This document shows, piece after piece, positions 1-13,983 of a DNA stretch of 64,000 nt. A program made the translations under genes and the position numbers. A model generated the notes under the pieces. That model ran no database searches. It was not told the DNA's origin and saw only the letters and a program-made list of their open reading frames with translations. How positions within the stretch are numbered: the first letter of the stretch is position 1; the number at the start of each line of letters is the position of its first letter. The stretch is taken from the NCBI GenBank assembly GCA_973895155.1, contig OZ316892.1:12526238-12590237 (forward strand), written 5' to 3'. This stretch comes from Marsupella aquatica (taxonomy: Eukaryota > Plantae > Marchantiophyta).

Positions 1-459
1 GAAGATGCAATTGTGCACCTCGCTAAATGTAGTCGGAGTTGGCTGCATAGTTCAAGACGGTCAGCTGTGACGAACTTAAGTAGAATAGGTCACCTTAAAC
101 CCAGACCCCAGTAAGTGTTTGAAGCATGTCTAACGAGAATTGTTCACTATAGGGAACACCATCAAACAACTTAAAAGACGATAACGATTCCCAGAGCGAC
201 CACAGTCCCCAAGGCACGTCTCACAAAATCATCTGGAGGGAGGGAAAATGTAAAAGTACATAAATTTGTGGAATTCAACAAGTTACAACATTAACGCATC
301 TCTGCGAACAGTTAATTTTTTTAAATGACATTTACGCATACATGCTATATTCCCCTTCAGAGTCACGGATGAGATCAACTCCTCAGTGTGCACCGTCATT
401 CTCAGAGGACTCAGAGAGAGAGAACGTTAATTCACGAATTCAAAACGTAGAATACGTAC

Positions 460-663
460 CCTGTCTTCAGGGTGAAAGCAGGGATGAATAATCCCGTTCA
501 TGTCGAGGTACAGATTGTCGTACTCCAACCCATTAGGGTTAGGTTTCGTGGTGTCAATTGGCACAGAGACACCCTCGATGACCTGTACTTCGTCCTCCAC
601 ACAGTCCACCACGGTAAGCGGATACTTGTCCGCTAACCATCTATAAAATGCAGGAACACCCAT
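460..663 (-). CDS. XRN3: 5'-3' exoribonuclease (XRN2/XRN3/Rat1 type), first coding exon; gene continues beyond the left edge
   Basis: [15 protein letters not shown]...[27 protein letters not shown] is the canonical XRN N-terminus; LEYDN...HPEDR fits plant XRN3 better than XRN4. Donor GACAGG|GTACGT starts at 459. Confidence 0.93.
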
Positions 664-1957
664 AGCTCCTGCTGCACCACCACCTCCAGCTCCTCACAAC
701 AAAACTCTGAGATATAGGGTTTTCTATCCCAGCACCGCTAAGTCGGTGACTGCGCCGCAGAACGACAGCACCAACATCATCACCTCTGAGAATAACCCCT
801 CAAAACACGACGCCAATCGTCATCCACCACTGCTTCCTCCTCGCAAGCGTCCCTCCTGCTCAGCCTGCCTTCCTCTGTCTCTCTCTTCGGTCCCTCACTT
901 CTCGAGCCACTTCTCGAGCATCCTCAATCCTCAATCCTCAATCTCAATATGACATAAATTCTTCACGACACTTCGTACAATGGAATCGCTCCTGCGCCCA
1001 TCTCTTCGTCTCGCTGCTTCTCGCGTTCAGACGGCCTTGTCCGTCGGTTTGCTCCTTCCGTTTGCTATGCTGACAATGGGCGACCCCACCTGCGCACCCC
1101 TCGCACCCCTCCCTAGTCCCTACTGTACAGTAGGTCCCTTGCTTATTATTAATATTAGTTGGGCGTTCTTTCAACTCTTTGGGCTCTGCTCCCCAACGTA
1201 CCGGTTCTTCACATACCTCTTCGGTTCCCAAACAACTGCAAAATGGAACTAAACAACCCAAACAAAAGGGATCCCTTTGTTTTTTTGGTTGTTTTGGTTT
1301 TTTTGCAATTGTTTTGGATCCCAATCAAGGGGGGACAACAACCAAAGGGCTAACAAAAAGTCAGGGGCAAGACAACCAGAAGAACTAGAGCAGACACTAA
1401 AACCAAAACTCTAAAGTCTACCTTTTGGCAAGTTGAAGAGCCTGGTAGAGCTCCGGTATGACCTGCATAGGGGGGTCAAGCAAGTGAATCCTACTCAAGG
1501 CCCTAAAACCAACCGCCTCACCTCTACAAAGCCCCTCTTCTGTTCCCAACAATAGCAAGAAGGAACTAAAAGCCCCTGGTCGGTTCCCTACAATAGCAAA
1601 AAGGAACTAAAAGCCCTGAGAGAGGAACACAATGACAAGGGGCAACAAACTGAACAGGCTGGTAACGCTCAGGTTTGCTCGCAACCGGGTCTCAATCCTC
1701 AAACCTCAAATTGTGATGGACCTTACCTCAGTAGTTAAGGTTAGGGATAGACAGAGTTATGGACTACCAAATTCATTGTCCTTAGCTTTTTGCCATAAAG
1801 GTTGGCTATGTGCCATGACCTTAAGTCAATGTATAGACTAGTGAAAGAAAACCAAAAAAAATTGTTGCTTAGACCTGTGAAAAGCTATGGTCACTTGTTT
1901 ATGGCCAAAAGCTATCATTCCCAACTTTGGATGGTTGAGATGTCCTTCAAACCCCCT

Positions 1958-2230
1958 AGGAAATCCCGGTAAATGTGGGTTTTTGCTCTCGAACAAAACG
2001 CATGGGAAAGCCTGGTAAAGGTGCTGTTTAGCTCCTGAATAGAATGGCCACATAGAAGTAGCCTGGTGAAGCTGTGGTTTAGTTTTCAAAAAGAATGCAC
2101 AGGAGAGCCTGGTAAGCCTAAGGTTTAGCTCCCAAACAAATCGTATAGGAAAGCCTGGTAAAATTGGGATTTCACTCTGGAGTAGACCGCAGAGGAAAGC
2201 CTGGTAAAGGTGAGGTTCAGGTCCAAAGTC
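1958..2230 (+). repeat. Degenerate tandem repeat, about 47-bp period, about 6 units
   Basis: Recurrent gaaagcctggtaaa...ggtttag/ctc core near 1960, 2006, 2058, 2104, 2149 and 2195. Confidence 0.75.
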
Positions 2231-4809
2231 AAAGGGATAAAAGGATCACCGAAAAGGCATTTCTCTAGATGGCCTAATACTCTACTCTTGGCCCATTCTC
2301 TTGCTGCTGCAACTCTTTACCTGCTCAAGTGGCCAAGTGGAGCTCTCAAGCTTAATCCCTAGCTTAAGTATGGTTTCCACATAATGTATGTGCGCCATAG
2401 GCACTTGTGACTTGTAGGTACCCAAAAAATAGAAACCAGGAGTTTTCTCTAGCACACCTATCTTGCAGCTACTCTTAGGCAAGGAATGGAAGTTACCATC
2501 TCAGAAAGATGGTTGAAAGTCAAACTCCATAGCCTAGAGATGAGCATGGAGTTGGCCAATCATAACATCATAAGACATGTCAGCAACTCACTTCCGGATT
2601 CTACATAACTTGGATATTTTGAGGTTCCGTTAGCACTATGAATAATTTTTTGTCAAGTACAAAACTTCAATAATTATTTATTTATTACACAAGCCAGCAT
2701 GACACTACGGTAGTGATCATTTAATTTTAAATCTTCTCTTCTCTAGCTTTTGGAAAATTGGTACAAAGAAAAAAACGGGGAAGAAATATTAAGCAAAATC
2801 TGCTTGTAGTTGCAGTTGGATTCACCATCTAAAAGTCTAAAAGTCTAAAAGTCCTGATGGATGTTCTTAAGATCAGGAAAGACCTTGACTTAAGATAGGT
2901 CTTGGGTTCAAGTGTTGTGGCTGACACTTCCTGACTATTGTGGTTAACTCTTCCCTTTCTGTGGGGTTTCACATATTTAGGGTAAAAATTGACAAAAAAA
3001 AACCAGGAAAGACCTATGCTTTCCCAAAATTTTATGATATATTTATGAGCAAATATTAGGTAGGTTCCACACATTTCCCTCTACACCCTTAAGGCACTCC
3101 CCAGTTCAATTCCCTCAGACATTACAAAGAGGAAATCACAAACTTTGGGGACTTGGGGGAGTTCAAATCATTTTTATTTCGAGGTTGAGAGACTGGGATC
3201 ATAATGCTTTGACAATACTAACAAGGTGCCCAAAGGAGTAGGATAGAGATCCCTTCCAAACCTGACACATGAAAACTGAATGAATTAGGCCTTGTATTTT
3301 CTATTGCTTGTCCCCGTTGCTGGATTTTCTTTGCAGTTCATGTATGAAAAACCCTACCACAATGCTCAATACTAGAATTCAATCCATTGACAGAGTGAGT
3401 AAGCAAAACAAAAATAATTTCAATAATTAGTGGCTAACCCTAAAGTAAGCCTTAACAAAAGCTTAACTACATGGAAGCTTGCAACCCCAAATTCATCCAC
3501 CCCCCCCCCCCCCATCGCCCACCCCAACCTCCCTCTCATTTTCTTTCTTTCTTTTGTCCCCCAATCCTAACACATTTTTATTTTTTCATTTATTTCAATC
3601 TCTTTCATCAGATTACTTTGATGAGTGTCATTAGAAATTTTGGGGAAATATTTTTTTCTTCAAATTTGTCCAGTAAGTAGGTCACCAAGCTAGGTAGCAA
3701 TACAAAAAATCTCAGTCCAAACTGACTTCAGACAACAAAATATGACCCAAAAAAACTGTTGATGCATGTGAGGATGCCAACATACCCCAATGGCACACCG
3801 ACAACCGGGCCAACAACACGAGGCATTATGAGAAAAAAAAACTTGTGTGTTTAGTGTGCTCTTTTGACACAACTCAAAGTAGTTTTGTATAGCACAGAAT
3901 GGACACTATCATGCAAACATCAAGACAAGCACTCCACAGATATAAATGATTGCCAGTTTCTAATGCAAATTGTGCCATTAGTTTGTTAGTCTAATCTCAT
4001 CTGTCAGTCTTGCTCCCTCTAATTGTTGCCCGCAATCCTCCGCCACCTCCTTTGTTAGCCATTGCTCGATCACATGCGTTGATCTTCTGGCTCCAACCAC
4101 TTAGATTTTTGGTGAATTTTAAAGGGTTTCCGCATCTCATTTCATGTAATGGTTGAAGAGAAAGGTCCCTTCATCCAATGGCCTAAGCCAATTCCTGCCT
4201 CAATCACGGCCTCGGTGTGATTTTGTGAAAGCAAGATGGGAGAAAAGAGAGGGAATTCATATTACAGTGTTTAGATTTGTTGTTCACTAACACTATTTTT
4301 ATGCTCTAATTGACTCAAGCCTTAAAAAAAACCACCATATCTCTTGAGAAAAAGAAGACTGCTAGAATCTTAAATCATTTGAAAGAGATTATGCAATGGC
4401 ACTCCAGTCCATGCATGAGAAGCAAAAAAAAACACATGCACTTTTGGCAACAGGTCTTATTACAAATATTTGATACTATTTGTGACTCAGAGGCAACAAA
4501 CAAAGAGTGCTATATAGATTTATCTACAAGATTGTCTCAAACACTGTGTCTAGCTGCTCAACGCAATGTTGGATTGCCCACTCAACCAAGTCATTTGGGC
4601 CCAGGGGTGTCTAATTTGTATTAGTACAATCTGATGGGTGAAACAGATTTAGTCAAAACTTTGGCAAAAATTTACCTTGAAATTGCTCTAGTGAGAATAT
4701 ATATTTTGAGTTTTGAGTTTTGTATGTTTATTTGGATAAAAATTATTTCAGAAAAATTATTTGGGTAAAATCCATATTTGTAACCAGATCTGATTGTTCT
4801 CTTAGATCA

Positions 4810-5100
4810 TGGAAGACTGAGGACTTACATGAATATGTCTGTTATGGAAAAAAATAGGCAGAGACAACCAGTTTTTCATGCATGCCATGTGCAAAAAAAA
4901 CATTTCTCTAAATTGTATGGTTTACTTTAGAACAATTCTTGTACTAAGAAATCAGTGTTTATATCAAAATGATTAGAAATAACTCTAAAAAAGTATGGTA
5001 AAAGTTTACTAGGCTTCACAAAGTTTTTTGAGAAAATTCTCACTAGGAGCTGAAATCTTGAAAATTATTTTTTTGTTAGTCCTCAAGGGATGTTTTAAGG
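4810..5100 (+). repeat. Dispersed repeat (old DNA-TE fragment) also at 24815-25110
   Basis: Collinear similarity, e.g. actttagaacaattc...cagtgtttat.tcaaaatg.ttagaa...gtatggtaaaagttt...gagctgaaa. Confidence 0.75.
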
Positions 5101-5729
5101 AGGAAGGGAGCCAAAGTCCTATACTGAGATGCCTACTTGTAGCGTGAGGGGTGTACTTTGAAATTTAATGTCAAATTGCACCTCCAATCAAGTCCCATGC
5201 AACAAACCAAGAATGTGCTTCAACTTGCATCAACTGCTGCAGGTGGAACCCTGTACGAGACCCTCGTACCAGCTGGGCGGTTAGCATTGTCCATAAATTC
5301 CTGATTATTTAGTTACCAAACATTGCTTGAGCATAAGCAAATGTTTGTTCATCCATTGTTCGGTTGCCTTTGTTTTAATCCCTCCATCCCTATCTCCAGA
5401 TGAGCACAAAGTTAAAGACGAATCCCAAATCTTGCATTCAAACGTGTTGAGTTTGTGCATAGCCATCCTGGCCCTTCTTGGCATATTTGCTATGCATGTA
5501 CTTCTTCATGTTTGCTAGGACCTTCATGCTAAGTGAACATTTTCTATACTCCTTGCAAGATAGGTTTTCTGTTCCCAGTTGGTGTTGGATTGTACTCTTC
5601 TGACAATTATCCCACAGTGTCGGCCTAGCTTGATCTGGTCAACAAATGAGCTCACTCCCTGAGCAAGCAATGTTGGAGATTAATACAATTTTGCCGCTTA
5701 ACCTGAATTGCACATGTATTTGATACACA

Positions 5730-7230
5730 GAAGTAGAAGTAGCCAAAGTAGTGGCTAACCATCATGCAGAGAGCCTACTTCAAATTCAAGGAATCAAGCC
5801 CTTGCCTCACCAGGACTTGCTTGCTGGTGGGCGACTGGGCAAGTTTCATGTACGCAAAGTATTGGATCTACCTCGATTGAGTTAGCATCTAGAGTTGGCA
5901 TTCCGGTTGGCATCTAGCTTTTACTGCGTTGCTAGCTTTAACAACAACTGAAGTTCAATTTGATGTGAGCTTACCTAGCCTTGTATTCAAACTGAAGTAG
6001 GTTGGCATGCACACATCAGTTATTGCCTTCTTAAAGGCTTCTATTGTGAATAATCTATATCTGAATTGCCATTCGATCAGTTGGTTCTTCTTGAACTTGT
6101 GATTGGTAAGAAGTCAACACATAGACTCTCATATAGTAGATTGTTACTTAGCCTTGTGCACTGGATTGAATCCTTACTCCAAGACTGGCAACTGATAAGA
6201 TTTAGTGTCAACAAATGTGAGTTCGGTAGTGAGTTATGATGTTGTGTAAACAACACCATATCGTACTTTTTCTTTCGGGAATAATATTCCCCTTTGTATC
6301 AGTAGTGTCCACAGTAGATGGCGCATTTGTCATTATCAACCACAGCGGACGAGATTTGGCAGCAAAATGTGTCGGCGTGAGTTGGACTATCTCTGTTGGT
6401 GAGAGAATTGTTTTCACAGCAGCACAAGATAGTGGCATGGAAGTATTAGGCCCCTTGGAACTATTCCAGTCCATCAAGCATCATCATCTACGTCCAACAT
6501 GCAGGGTTGAAGCTGAAAATTGTTTCCTTTCCTGGGATCCTATCAACGTTTTGTATGACCATACAATGAGTGAGATCAACAGCAGTGGTGATTATGAATG
6601 GGAGGTCGACAAGATTGGAGTATCATTGGTATTGCAATCAATTACAAAGAGAGATAGCCATAGAAGTTTGGATGGAAGAAGAGAGTATGAGATGTTGTGG
6701 CAACCAACCAGGCAACTTTTTTCAAGTGCCGCCCAATGCATGTGTGCTCCACCGTCGTCTCCTCTTGCTCAAGCATTGTACTCCATTCTCTTATATTTTC
6801 GTGAATGACCTGTGGTTTTTGCACATCTAGTCTCAGCAAGATCATTGGATACGCCCTCTGGCCTTGGCCTAACTTTTGGGTGCACATTTAGTTCTGTTCA
6901 CCCTTGCCTTCACCTAGCTATGAATTTCTTGAGTAGAGGACACTTTGGCTTCAAGATTGCTTATAAATCCACCCATAGTCGAGCCCATAGTCTCCTCAAG
7001 TGGAACCATTGTATCAATCGTTGGAGTAACGTTTTATCATGAACCTTGCTTGGGGAATTAATAAACTGGTCGTAGAAATGTGCTGGACTGCGGGGGCCTC
7101 AGAGGACAAGTCTCTTTATGAAAACGGAGAAAAATGAATGAAGTGGCTGATATGCGATCGATCACTAGTATGGCATGGCATCGCAGTAAATTAAAGTGGA
7201 TGCTACATTGGCAATTCTCATCGGCAAGGT
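5730..7230 (+). pseudogene. Decayed coding sequence, possibly TE-borne, with chromo-like and PHD-like remnants
   Basis: Protein-like frames with scattered stops after an AG acceptor (5730) and before a GTAAG donor (about 6106); YEWEVDKI...GRREYEMLWQPT near 6590-6710; CWT..GASED...KWLICDR...WH near 7081-7180. Confidence 0.3.
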
Positions 7231-10200
7231 GAGAAGTTTTACAACATTGAATGTTGAGGCTCGCTCATTCATCTTTCTGGAGTTGGGACCTTTATGCGGC
7301 TCTCGGCTGGGTGGCCTACCCTCCTGGTGAATTCTGATCCACATACATTAATGTGAATAGTCCAGTGTCAGTTTGTGGTTGCTCGTGGTTGGCTTTATAA
7401 CATGATTTTTGTACTAACTACAGTGGCAAAGTGGCACGGATTGTAGAATCCAATTTCAACGTTGTTGACACAACCACGAGCCTGGTCATGAACTCATTCC
7501 CATTTTTGCCTTGCTTTTGAATTTTCTTGCTTGTAATGAGCCACAATATACTCCTTCATATATATTGCAGATTGTCTTGCTTTTGAACATCTTCACCCAT
7601 GCTCAGAGGGCCTCCCTATGTATAGTCCCTGCTGTCTGGGATCTCATCTCTTTATCCTTACTTATTGTAGGGGGGTGGATGTTTTGAGAAGGAGCTTTGC
7701 TTGTGCAAGTAACTACATATACAAAGTCACATGCTTTGTTACTGTATCCTGTCTTAGGGAGTGTATTTTATCCCATTGACCAACATTCATAGATTTGAGG
7801 GGCAGGATTTCTCTGGGGAGTTGAGGAAGTGTCAAAAAAGGAATCTTTACAATACATGGCCTTGGACAGAGAATAAGTTCCAAGGGCTTAAGACTTCTAC
7901 ATCATTGTCTTCTAGCAAAATTTGATAAATTTTCAAACCAGTGGAGAGGATGTTATGTATGATCTTATGCATGAGAGAGACATTGTGCAAAATGATTTTT
8001 GGAACATGCTAGCCACATCATTACATTCTCCAATTGAGCCTGAATCTCAAATTTGGTCCAGAATCTGTTTCATAGGATTTATCCAGGAAAATCCTGAAAA
8101 CATTCATTCTCAGGAAGCTGGACAGTTCATTCTATATGATTGAAGAAACACAACACTTAACTGATTATTAGGATGCCTTAACACAAAAAGCAATGATTGA
8201 ATACGATTTATTTCTCAATGAGATGTCTCCTCTTAATAGTAAGTTCCTTACACTTGAAATCTTTATAATTGTATTGTTCAAAATTCCTCAGAGTATCTAA
8301 AGGAGACAAATTAGTTATTGTGTTGATTATTTGAATGATTGCTTGGACGATGAAGTTCTTTTCAAAGAAACCTGAATATCTGCTGATCCTAAAATAATCG
8401 AGGCTGTAAGTAACCAGAAGCATTGTTGATGTTGTCTTCAGAGTGAGTAATTACACTTTGCCATATCCACTTTAAGACAACCAGCCCAAACAGGAGGAAG
8501 CAATAGAGTGTGGTCTTACTTAAAAATTTTGTTTGAACAATCAACTTGATTAACAGAAGACGCCAATCTCAGTATAGAAATACCTTGCTTTTTCTATTCT
8601 AAGAAACTAGCTCCAATAACAACATCAAAGTGGGCTCCTACTTAGAAAGCAACATCTGCGGATCAATCTGACAAAAGTGAGAAATTGAAGACATTTATGA
8701 CACTGTCCTCAAAGTGAAAACCTGTCCTTGTTCAATTCAAAACACATAATACAAAGATTCACCAAAATTTGCATGTGAGCCTCCAACATGGATGGACACC
8801 ATTTTTTTGAAGCCACCAAAACTTTTGGCAATTTAGTCTACACATCAAATGCATCTCAAACAATGCAAAATGACCACCATGTGAAGTGTAGCAAACTGGG
8901 ATCACAAATGTAGTTCTTTAAAAGCTATAATAAGGTCTAAAGTCATTAATGTTGAAAAATTCCTTTACAACAGCCATGAGACAAACTGCTGACAAAAAAG
9001 TGTTCAATGGGTCTATTGTGGCATTTTAAGTGTGGGCTGTACCAAAGTAGGACTTGAAAAGAAGGCATGGCAAGCATATTGTTGCACAACATGTGCAATA
9101 GTAGGAAACTAATGCTCATTAAATTTTAGCAGGGGACACAAGCTCAAGTAGTTTGAGCAATGGACTCATGTTGGACAGTGTATACTAAGCAGTAAATCCA
9201 TGTGTAAGTAATATAAGTAGGGATTTCATGTGTTGTGAACCTTTCTCAGCTAATTTTGAAATAAACCCCATGCTTGGATTATTTAGCAACCTTAGCACTG
9301 TAATTTGCAATCCCTTTCTTTCTTTCATTCAGTTTCTTTAAGGCACTGGTGAAGAGGAGATCCACTTGAGAGAAGTTTATAGGGAGAATTTTGTGGGACT
9401 TACCCCTAAGCTCCCAATTCCCGTGTGCATACATATTTCTCTTTGCTTCTCCAATTTCACCTCCCATCCTCACTTGTCAGGTTATAGTATGACAACTATT
9501 ATGTTATAGGGTGTAAATGGATTTTCCAACCATCCTTAGAGTGTTTGATTGAGCAGTTTACATGCACATGCAGATTAGATATTTAACAAAAGACACTTTG
9601 TATTGATCCATATCATAAAAATTAACTCACTGACTTTGTAAGATATCACTCACCATATAATAAAAAGCAACTCACCTTTGGACCACCCCCTTGTTGGGGG
9701 TGTTTCCGCCTGCCATCCGGAAGATGAGGGGCTTTTCCCCCTATACTCATGCTGTCCTACTGTAAAAGCAGCCCATGAAAAACTACTTAAAACCTAAAAT
9801 TAAAACCTACCAATGAAAACCGGAGACCAGATGCCAAGCCCAACCCGGTGAACAACCACAAAATTACACTAAGCTATATACAAAGTCCAAAAATGGAAGG
9901 GGAAGAAAAGGAAGGAGCAACGTGTATATGGTGGAGTCCACAAGGAAATGTGCAGCCCCAAATGCAACACTTAATGTCCCCCTTTCCCCTTTGCCAAGAC
10001 TTCATCCTCCTTCCGCACGGCAGTACCTCTGGCCCCCGCTCTGGCCCTGGCTGGAAACCCTAAGAGAATGTTATAGGCATCGCACATAGTTTTGGCAGCC
10101 ACACAAAGGGGACTTTGCCAAAAAAGGACTTCTCAAGTACTGTGCATAGACGATGTCAGAAACCGGGACCTCTCTGGCGGGAGGCAAGAGTTTGGACCAT

Positions 10201-10635
10201 CATGCTAGAAGAGTGTTCGGTAAAACACAACCCTGAACTGTATAAGAAATAGTATTCTAAGCCTTAGCCCTTGCACCACCCCCACCCGCCCAATGCACCT
10301 CCTATGCCCACTGCCTGAACTCAGGATTTTAACCGGCACCCGGCTTTTTCTCAAGCCAGGTGTCCTTGCCCGGCCTGCCTGTGAATTTGAATTTCAAATC
10401 CAATGCCAAGAACCAATAAGAAAAGTTGGTTTGTTTTTCATTTTTTTCTAGCTCATTTTTTATCAGTTTGTTGTGCTGATTTTCTGAATGTGGATCTACA
10501 ATTTGAGTCGTAGATCATAAAGTTGGATGGACAAATCAGATTTCAGTGAGGGTCACTCGGAGGGCTGTCAATGGGCGCCCATCCGCAAACGTGACACTCG
10601 TGTTCCTGGAGTGACAACTCCGGGTCACCCAGAGT

Positions 10636-13600
10636 TGTGACGCCACTGACATGGTCCTTATGCAATGATACGATAGAATTGGTATGCTATATGTAGTAAG
10701 TAACTGTGAGACTGCATAACAATTAGCAAGATGACAAGAATAACGACAATCATAGCATTTAGAGTAGGACTAGGGCAGGTTAGCCTGAAGAGTGCACAAC
10801 CAAGGCAGACATAACGGAGACAGTCATTGTCAAGGCTACAAATAAGCAACCGGGGGAAGAGAGGATTCACCTCCTCTACCATACTATCGTGTTGACGAGC
10901 ACAATGGAGCATAGAGGCTCTCCAGGATATAGGTGTAGGGGTAGAGGTGGTAACTCGGGGAAGCGAGTCTCCTAATTGAGAAAATGGCTATATGGTATGG
11001 TGGTTGTTCTCATGAAGAAATCTGAATGTCTTGGGTGTGTATCTCATTTTGTTACTTAGGTTAGTGATTCATAGTCTAGTTTTAGTGTGTTAGGGAAATA
11101 AAAGTTATGTCGCTAGTGTTGGCAACCATATCTCTTTCAATACGTCACCAAATCCGGATCTATAAAGAGCATTGGAAAGATATGGTCAAGGACAGTAAAA
11201 CCAATATAAAACACTCTCGGAATGGAGGTGTATTAAGAATGATACGACCTTACTAGTGTGACAGGTTCACTTGTGGCCGAAATTCACGGGTTTGGGTTTG
11301 AGTTCGGTTTTGGGTTAACCTAAGCTTGGCCACGGCTTAGTTTTGGGTCACGGCTTAACTTAGGTGAGCTTGGCCATGGCTTAGCTCCGGTTAGCTCAGG
11401 TTCGGGTTCAACTTAGCCTAGGGTAGCGGATAGCGGGCTAGCATATTAGTGGGTAGGAGCTTAACCCGAGGCCACGGGTTAGCTCTATAGGGTTAGATAG
11501 GATAGCCAAGTTAGCCAAACTCAGGTTAACCATGTAACTTAGGTTAGCGTAGCAATGTATACCCCCTCTCAATTCTGGGGGCATAACTTTCTCTATATTT
11601 GACCAAATCGACTATAATTGACCTCATTGGAAAGAGAAGCTCAAGCCACTTCCAATGCTTCTATCCATGCAACAAATTGTTGAATAGAAAAATCAAAAGA
11701 GGAGGCGCATGCTTGCAAAAAATGTGGAGGGCCAAATCCAAAATATATAGCCAATTTGAGATAAAAATAAAGCTACGAGTTAGGGTTCACTAGTTAGATA
11801 TAATGACGGCTCTATTTGGACTGGGATGGGGCTCTAGCAGCGTAGCGTCCACCCATTTGGGCTTAGTGTGTGTATGTAGAGCAGCCCCTGGTAGAAACTT
11901 CAATTGTGTGATCTCACGTAGACAAAGTAACAAGGAGGAGCTCTGTTCAAGGAAGGTTGGGCTTGGAAACTGTGTGTTGGGGAGAGCTTGGTTGTGGCAT
12001 TACTTAGGATGTAATCAACCAGGCTGCACAACAACAATTAGCCAGGTTTGCGAGTTGGATTGTGGCTCTTTCTAGTAGGCAGCACAACTGGGTTCTTTTC
12101 CCATGAAATAGAGCCTTGGTGATAGGTGATGTATTGGTGATTGTCAACTATGGGGAGGATTTTGATAGGATTTGCGGTGAGCATAGTAGGGAGGCTACAT
12201 TCTGATTGAGGTGCAACACAAGGAGGATTTCCAATTTAGTTTGGCAAGGCTATGTGATCTATGGGAAGTCCCGGCCTTTGTCTGGTAGAGAGTACTAAGG
12301 GATTTATGGTCAGAGCTAAGCTTGTAGGGCAAGCGTGAGGCTGGGCCTCATTGTGCAGTCTAGGGTAGATCATAGGCCAAGTACCAGCTTTGAAGTTGAG
12401 TCAATTGTGCATGCATAACTTGACTTTCTAAATTGGAGGTGTGAGATCTGTATGTGCCACCAAGAATGAAGTGCAATGAAGGACGTTGTCGCGAGGACTA
12501 GAAGTTAGGGTTGCTCGAGTATTTAACTTTGCATTTCTGGTTGCAATTGGAATAGGTGACAAAAACTTTTCGGAGTAAACTCTCTCACTCCTTTATTTTT
12601 AGTTTTCTCACAATGGTTACAATTGATGCCTTTGAGTAGGCCTGCTTGCAAGAGTCTAGAAGCTTACCCTACAACGGGCCGCTACCTCTAACTTGTCAAG
12701 CTCAACCCCTCAAATGGCTGTCTAATCAGAAAATGACAAAAAACCTCCTCCTTAGCTCTCAACTTCAAAAATTGACTAGCTACTCGACTAGTCACACCCT
12801 AACACTCAAGAAGCTCGAGCCTGGACCAATGAGACTCGATGCTCAAAGGCCCAAGACTTAAACTCAAAGCCAACACAAAAAACTAAGCCGAGTCACCTTT
12901 AAGACTCTCAAACCTCTTCAAACAACCTCAAACAACCCCAAATGAGCCGCTACTCAAGCCTTAAGTAGTTTCCAAAAGCACCTTTGTTGCCCCAGCCAGC
13001 TGCCACCAGCGAGGCTCACCCAAACACCAAACCTGACAACAATAAGTCACCAAACATGAAATCTTATCTCATCCAACCAAGCAACCTGTCCGAGTCAGCA
13101 TACCCGCGACTAACCAATGAGGGCTCACCCATCAGCCAGTATAAAGGGACAACCTGGGCCAAAATGAGGCCAAAATGTTTTGGCATGACAACGTTTGAGT
13201 TCAGGATTGAGTTTGCAAGGCAAGTACGGGATTGGTTCAAGTCCAATCTGCCGTCGCAATCTGGAGTGAGTCGAGCTCAGGTTCAAAATTGAGCTTGCAT
13301 GGCAAGCACGGGGTTTGCAAAGCAGCACGTCGTAATCTGGAGTAGACAACCTTCAGGCCTGTTGTTGTGATCAAGTGACTATTCTCAGTGAACTATTGTG
13401 CACATCTTTGAATCTAATTGAGTTTTCCTCTCAGGCCTCATTTCTCTCATGGATGTGTGTGTGTGTGAGGCAATCTGAGTGTATGATGGGACCAATAGCG
13501 CCATTGAGAGGTGCACCGGGTGCATTGAAGTGGGTTGGGTGGAGGCTATCATAGCTCTGATTGTTGGGAGTGGAATGATAGAGGAGTGGGCAATGGCTTA

Positions 13601-13983
13601 GAAGTCCCTAAGTTGTGAATCAGTCAGAGTCACTGGTTTATGGGTACATTCCGGTGGCAAAATAGAAATATACCTATGGCAATAAGCATACGTAAGGACA
13701 TATGCGCACCATAGCGCTAGGCCTTGTGTGTATGGGCCCAATAGGAAGACCCCTTCTCAGTAAAACTATCATGAGTGCAAGATCTGATTCCCAACCTTGG
13801 TTCCTTGGGATTGAGATTGGGTCATGTGTGACAAAGTCTTGCTGTGATAGTTGGGCGTTAAGGGGATAGATTGGTGTTTACCAGCCTTCATAGCATCCCT
13901 CTGTGATCCTCAGGTACAAGGAGATTGTTTTGGCACCCAATAGTGATGTTTTTGGTGTTAATACCCATGTCAATTGCTTGACA
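10636..13983. mobile_element. Solo-LTR-like element, copy A (contains a nested insertion)
   Basis: Ends TGTGAC...TTGACA; perfect 5-bp TSD AGAGT (10631-10635 and 13984-13988); collinear with copy B at 15654-18016. Confidence 0.85.
12487..13190. mobile_element. Nested 704-bp solo-LTR-like insertion in copy A
   Basis: Ends TGTCGC...ATGACA, flanked by ACGT(T) on both sides; absent at the equivalent site in copy B (about 17255-17265). Confidence 0.75.

Noticed and set aside
7600-9200. Reverse-transcriptase remnant
   Set aside because: Motif-like fragments appear in the wrong order, so no call can be supported.
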